A DNA stretch of 32,000 nt from Methylorubrum extorquens (lineage in GTDB: Bacteria; Pseudomonadota; Alphaproteobacteria; Rhizobiales; Beijerinckiaceae), in assembly GCA_900234795.1 (NCBI GenBank), contig LT962688.1, forward strand, positions 2,670,001 through 2,702,000, read 5' to 3'. Positions 28,938 to 32,000 of this stretch are shown here, in pieces. Position 1 is the first letter of the stretch. Every line of letters starts with the position of its first letter. The notes under the pieces were generated by a model. It did not search any database, was not told where the DNA came from, and saw nothing but the letters and a program-made list of their open reading frames with translations. Both the position numbers and the translations under genes were made by a program.

Positions 28938-28962
28938 ACGAACGACCGGTCCGGCCGTTCGT
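28938..28962 (-). terminator. Candidate intrinsic terminator after the mucR/ros-like gene
   Basis: On the minus strand the sequence is ACGAACGG-CCGGACCGG-UCGUUCGU. That gives an 8-bp stem including one G-U pair, or up to 12 bp with a tighter loop. It is followed by GAAACCUUUGCAUU, lies 20 nt beyond the stop at 28982, and is about 95 nt upstream of the cheW start. Confidence 0.45.
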
Positions 28963-28981
28963 TCCTGCGGCGAGCGCCGTA

Positions 28982-29470
28982 TCAGGCGACCTTCTGGCGC
29001 GAACGCGACTTCGTCGCCGGCTCGGGCGCGGGGGCCTCTTCCTCGATTCGACCACCCGGCCGGCCGAGACCGATCGACTTCGCGAGGGCGGAGCGCTGCG
29101 CGGCATAGTTCGGCGCGACCATCGGATAGTCGTTCGGCAGGCCGTAGCGCTGGCGATACGAGTACGGATCGAGGCCGTGGGTGCCGAGATGGCGCTTCAG
29201 CGTCTTGTACGGCTTGCCGTCGATGAAGCTGATGATCGCATCCGGCGTGACCGACTTGCGGACCTGCCCGGAGGACGGCTTCTCGATCACTTCCTCGGCG
29301 GGAGCGGCCACGGCCTCAGGGCTGCTGAGGGTCGTCAGCGCCGTATGCACGCTGATGATCAGGCCCGGAAGCTCGGAAGCGGGGACTGAGTTGTTCGACA
29401 CATAAGACGAGACGATGTCGCTCGCCAGTTCGACGAAATCGTTGAACGATTTCTGGTTTTCTTCTGTCAT
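28982..29470 (-). CDS. MucR/Ros family transcriptional regulator lacking the zinc-binding cysteines
   Basis: ATG at 29468-29470. The N-terminal block VELASDIVSSYVSNNSVPASELPGLIISVHTAL and the C-terminal block VRKSV...KTLKRHLGTHGLDPYSYRQRYGLPNDYPMVAPNYAAQRSALAKSIGLG align by eye with A. tumefaciens Ros. Ros has CLEC; this protein has SFID. Confidence 0.9.
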   Translation of the reverse strand: MTEENQKSFNDFVELASDIVSSYVSNNSVPASELPGLIISVHTALTTLSSPEAVAAPAEEVIEKPSSGQVRKSVTPDAIISFIDGKPYKTLKRHLGTHGLDPYSYRQRYGLPNDYPMVAPNYAAQRSALAKSIGLGRPGGRIEEEAPAPEPATKSRSRQKVA

Positions 29471-30050
29471 TCTGCTTGTCCGTTCCGTAGGCCCCCGGGC
29501 GCCAAAATCATACGTGATGCGCACCGATGCAAGAGAAGAATTCAAAAAACTACGCCAGGCTTGTGGGTATTAAGGACGGCACACTCAAGTCCAGCGTTGC
29601 CATTGAAGCGTAGAACGTTAAATGGAAGGCGGGCTCGCACGGTCCCGTGGTGTGTCATAGCTCAACTTTTCCGACCCCGACCCGGAGCGTTACGGCAGCC
29701 GGAACGTCCTATAAGCGACGGACGGAACGAGAGTTTCGTCGCGACGTCCGCACTACGCGCAACGGAGCGGAAGGACGATGCCGCACCGCACTCGCACCCC
29801 AAGCCAACCCACGAGACGCGGGACGGGAAACAGGTGACGCGTCGGCGCCTTAAGCACTCATATTCTTTGCTATACAACCTATGCGAGACGATCCGTCGCG
29901 CCGTCATCAAGCCTCGATTTGTATCGCGAAGTCCATTGGAGTCAGCGGTTTCAAGCGGGGGATGCCGTTCTTGTGAACATGGCGGCCGCCGCTCACTTCA
30001 CCCGCCGGCCTCTGTTGACGGCGGCGCGTCCATGCTACGGGTCAAGGACA

Positions 30051-30494
30051 ATGAAGTCCGCTCGTCCCATAGCGCTTTGGCTGGCGGCGGTGATCGTCAT
30101 GATCGCCGCGGCGCTGATGCCGTCCGGCGCCCGCGCGCACAGTGCCCATGGGCAAGACGTGCGTGAGCAAGGCGTGCACGCGCACGTCGCTCAGGCGCCT
30201 GACCTCGCGATGGCCGGATCGGACCTCCGGCTCGCCGCTCCGGCGTCGATCGTTCGAGCGGACGCGATACCGGTGATCGAGCAGTCCCGGATGGCCTGCG
30301 CCTGCCCGACTTGCGCGGCCGGCGGTGTTTGCGGCCATGCGCCGTCGTCCTGCTGCGCCACCGGGCTCGCCCCGTCACCGGTTCCGGATCTTCCGCCGGC
30401 CGGCGCGCAGGCCTGTGCCCCTGCGCGCGACGGACCGCGTCTGTCGGGCATCGTGCCCGAGGCGCAGATCGAACCCCCCCGAACCCTCGCCTGA
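30051..30494 (+). CDS. Small exported Cys/His-rich hypothetical protein (147 aa), upstream of a membrane fusion protein gene
   Basis: AAGGA sits 4-5 nt before ATG 30051. Signal or anchor sequence MKSARPIALWLAAVIVMIAAALMPSGARA followed by HSAHG. The Cys cluster is MACACPTCAAGGVCGHAPSSCC. I do not recognise the family. Confidence 0.6.
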   Translation: MKSARPIALWLAAVIVMIAAALMPSGARAHSAHGQDVREQGVHAHVAQAPDLAMAGSDLRLAAPASIVRADAIPVIEQSRMACACPTCAAGGVCGHAPSSCCATGLAPSPVPDLPPAGAQACAPARDGPRLSGIVPEAQIEPPRTLA

Positions 30495-30565
30495 CGCCCG
30501 ATCCCCATCCGGTACGCTCCGTGCCGGGTGATGTCGTTGCTCATCCGGCGAAGGTTTCGTTCCCC

Positions 30566-32000
30566 ATGACCATCCGTCTCGCGGCGGCGCTTCGGGCGCT
30601 GGCTGTCTTGCTCGCGCTTGCTGCCGCATCGGCAGCGGGTAGCGTCGCCCTAGCCCATGAGGGTCATAGCCACGGCGTCGAGGCGCCGACCCTCCCCGCA
30701 CAGACCACGCCGCGGGCCGAAGCGGCCTCGGCCAGCTTCGAACTCGTGGCGGTGGCGTCCGGCGACCGGATACGATTCTATCTCGATCGCTTCACCAGCA
30801 ACGAGCCCGTGAACGGCGCCGAGATCACAATCGAGACGCCGGACGGCCCGGCCGAAACGCGGGCCGTCGGCGACGGCGTCTACGAGATCGCGGCCCCGTG
30901 GCTCGCCCGCGGTCAGCGATACGATCTGCTCGCCACCGTGACCGCCGACGGTATGACGGACGTGCTGGCCCTCGACCTGCACCTGCCCGAGTTGGCGGCG
31001 GCAGCGATGCCGGTCCAGGCCGAGGCGTCGGCGTGGCTCGCCAATCTCCGCCGTCATCTCACCCATCAGGGGCCGATCGGTGCGGCCGCCGGCGGATTCC
31101 TGCTCGGGCTCGCCGTCATCATGCTGGTGCGCTCGCGCCGGGCCCTCCCCGCCTTCGCCGTCCTGGCCCTGACCCTGACGCTGCTCCTCGGCACCGCCGC
31201 CCTCGCCCATGAGGGACATGATCACGAGAAAAATGGGCCCGGCGAAGGGGAGGCCGCTTCGGTCCAGGGCGTGGCGCTCACCGCGCCCACGGCCGTGTCC
31301 ATCGAGCGCGCCCGGCGCCTGCCGGGCGGCGCGGTGTTCGTCCCGAAATCGACGCAGCGCCTGCTCGCTTTGCGCACCGGCCTCACCGGCATCGCCGACC
31401 ATCGCCGCACCGTTGAATTGCCGGGGCGCGTCATCGCCGATCCGAATGCCAGCGGCGTCGTGCAATCGTCGGTCGGCGGCCGCCTCGCCCCCCCGCCCGG
31501 CGGCTTCCCGAATCTCGGCACGCGGGTCCGCAAGGGTGAGGTGCTCGCCACCGTCACGCCGCCGGTCCAGGCGGTCGATCTCTCCGACATGCGCCAGACC
31601 CAAGGCGATCTCGACCAGCAGATCGCCATCACCGGCCGCAAGGTTGCCCGCTACGAGCGCCTCGCCACGACCGGCGCGGTGGCGCAGACGGCACTGGAGG
31701 ACGCCCGCGCCGAGCTCACTGGCTTGAAGGACCGCCGCGCCGCCCTCGACACGATCCGCCGCGCGCCCGAAGAGCTGATCGCCCCGGTGGACGGCGTCGT
31801 CGCCGAGCGGGCGGCGGTGGCCGGCCAGATGGCGGCGGCGGGTACGATGGTGTTCCGCATCGTCGATCCGGACAAGCTCTACGTCGAGGCGCTGAGCTTC
31901 GTCGGCCTGGAGCCCGGCGCCGCCGCGACCGCACGGCTGCCCGATGGGCGCACGCTGGCGCTGGCATCCCGCGGCGCCGGCCTCGCCGACCGCAATCAAG
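30566..32000 (+). CDS. HlyD-type efflux membrane fusion protein with an N-terminal His-motif extension. Partial, runs off the window.
   Basis: This is my own translation, because the ORF track omits it (it has no stop inside the window). The frame is open from ATG 30566 to 32000 with high GC3. It starts MTIRLAAALRALAVLLALAAASAAGSVALAHEGHSHG... and continues ...LLGTAALAHEGHDHE.... The MFP core then follows: VELPGRVIADPNASGVVQSSVGGRL, LGTRVRKGEVLATV, a coiled-coil region, and LIAPVDGVVAERAAVAGQMAAAGTMVFRIVDPDKLYVEA. Confidence 0.8.
   Translation, partial: MTIRLAAALRALAVLLALAAASAAGSVALAHEGHSHGVEAPTLPAQTTPRAEAASASFELVAVASGDRIRFYLDRFTSNEPVNGAEITIETPDGPAETRAVGDGVYEIAAPWLARGQRYDLLATVTADGMTDVLALDLHLPELAAAAMPVQAEASAWLANLRRHLTHQGPIGAAAGGFLLGLAVIMLVRSRRALPAFAVLALTLTLLLGTAALAHEGHDHEKNGPGEGEAASVQGVALTAPTAVSIERARRLPGGAVFVPKSTQRLLALRTGLTGIADHRRTVELPGRVIADPNASGVVQSSVGGRLAPPPGGFPNLGTRVRKGEVLATVTPPVQAVDLSDMRQTQGDLDQQIAITGRKVARYERLATTGAVAQTALEDARAELTGLKDRRAALDTIRRAPEELIAPVDGVVAERAAVAGQMAAAGTMVFRIVDPDKLYVEALSFVGLEPGAAATARLPDGRTLALASRGAGLADRNQ

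Noticed and set aside
28900-28940. Sigma-54 promoter suggested by TTGCAT upstream of the first cheW
   Set aside because: The required GG dinucleotide 12 nt upstream of the GC is absent (the sequence there is CG). The TTGCA is more simply part of the U-rich tail of the mucR-like terminator hairpin.
30650-31999. 449-aa ORF on the minus strand, the only long ORF listed for 30.6-32 kb
   Set aside because: The + strand frame from ATG 30566 is open to the window end. It has high GC3 and clear HlyD/MFP blocks. It is missing from the track only because it has no stop in the window. The minus-strand ORF is its shadow.

Overview
This is a very GC-rich chromosomal segment with strong G/C bias at third codon positions. 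It looks alphaproteobacterial, order Rhizobiales, and Methylobacterium/Methylorubrum-like. That placement is an inference from gene content (MucR/Ros, OpgH/OpgD, PRC-barrel) and from a nested palindromic intergenic repeat. I can support about 29 protein-coding genes. I found no rRNA, tRNA, CRISPR array, transposase or integrase.

Layout, left to right:
- tspO (-).
- A PLP trans-sulfuration enzyme (+).
- A small secreted Cys protein (+), whose 3' end appears frameshifted.
- opgH (-), apparently frameshifted about 108 codons before its end, head-to-head with opgD (+).
- A PRC-barrel protein and a small membrane protein (+).
- A REP-like nested palindrome.
- A tungstate-type ABC transporter, tupB-tupC-tupA (-), divergent from a ModE-HTH/PBP-like (TunR-type) regulator (+).
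- A four-gene cofactor operon (-): three MoeA paralogues, one fused to the same PBP-like module as the regulator, plus mobB.
- A periplasmic WD40-cytochrome c fusion (+).
- An SmtA/BmtA-type metallothionein (-).
- An 11.3-kb eight-gene Wsp-like chemosensory operon (-): cheW, cheR-TPR, cheW, mcp, cheA-REC, cheB, REC-REC-HK, REC-PAS-HK-REC.
- A Cys-less MucR/Ros regulator (-).
- A 580-bp lower-GC intergenic gap.
- A Cys/His-rich small exported protein, then a His-motif-bearing HlyD-type membrane fusion protein that runs off the window (+).

The best candidates for something new are two. One is the chemosensory operon, whose only encoded outputs are two multi-receiver hybrid kinases. The other is the tungstate-uptake / TunR-like / triple-MoeA island. 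All family assignments come from motif recognition by eye, and no database search was possible.
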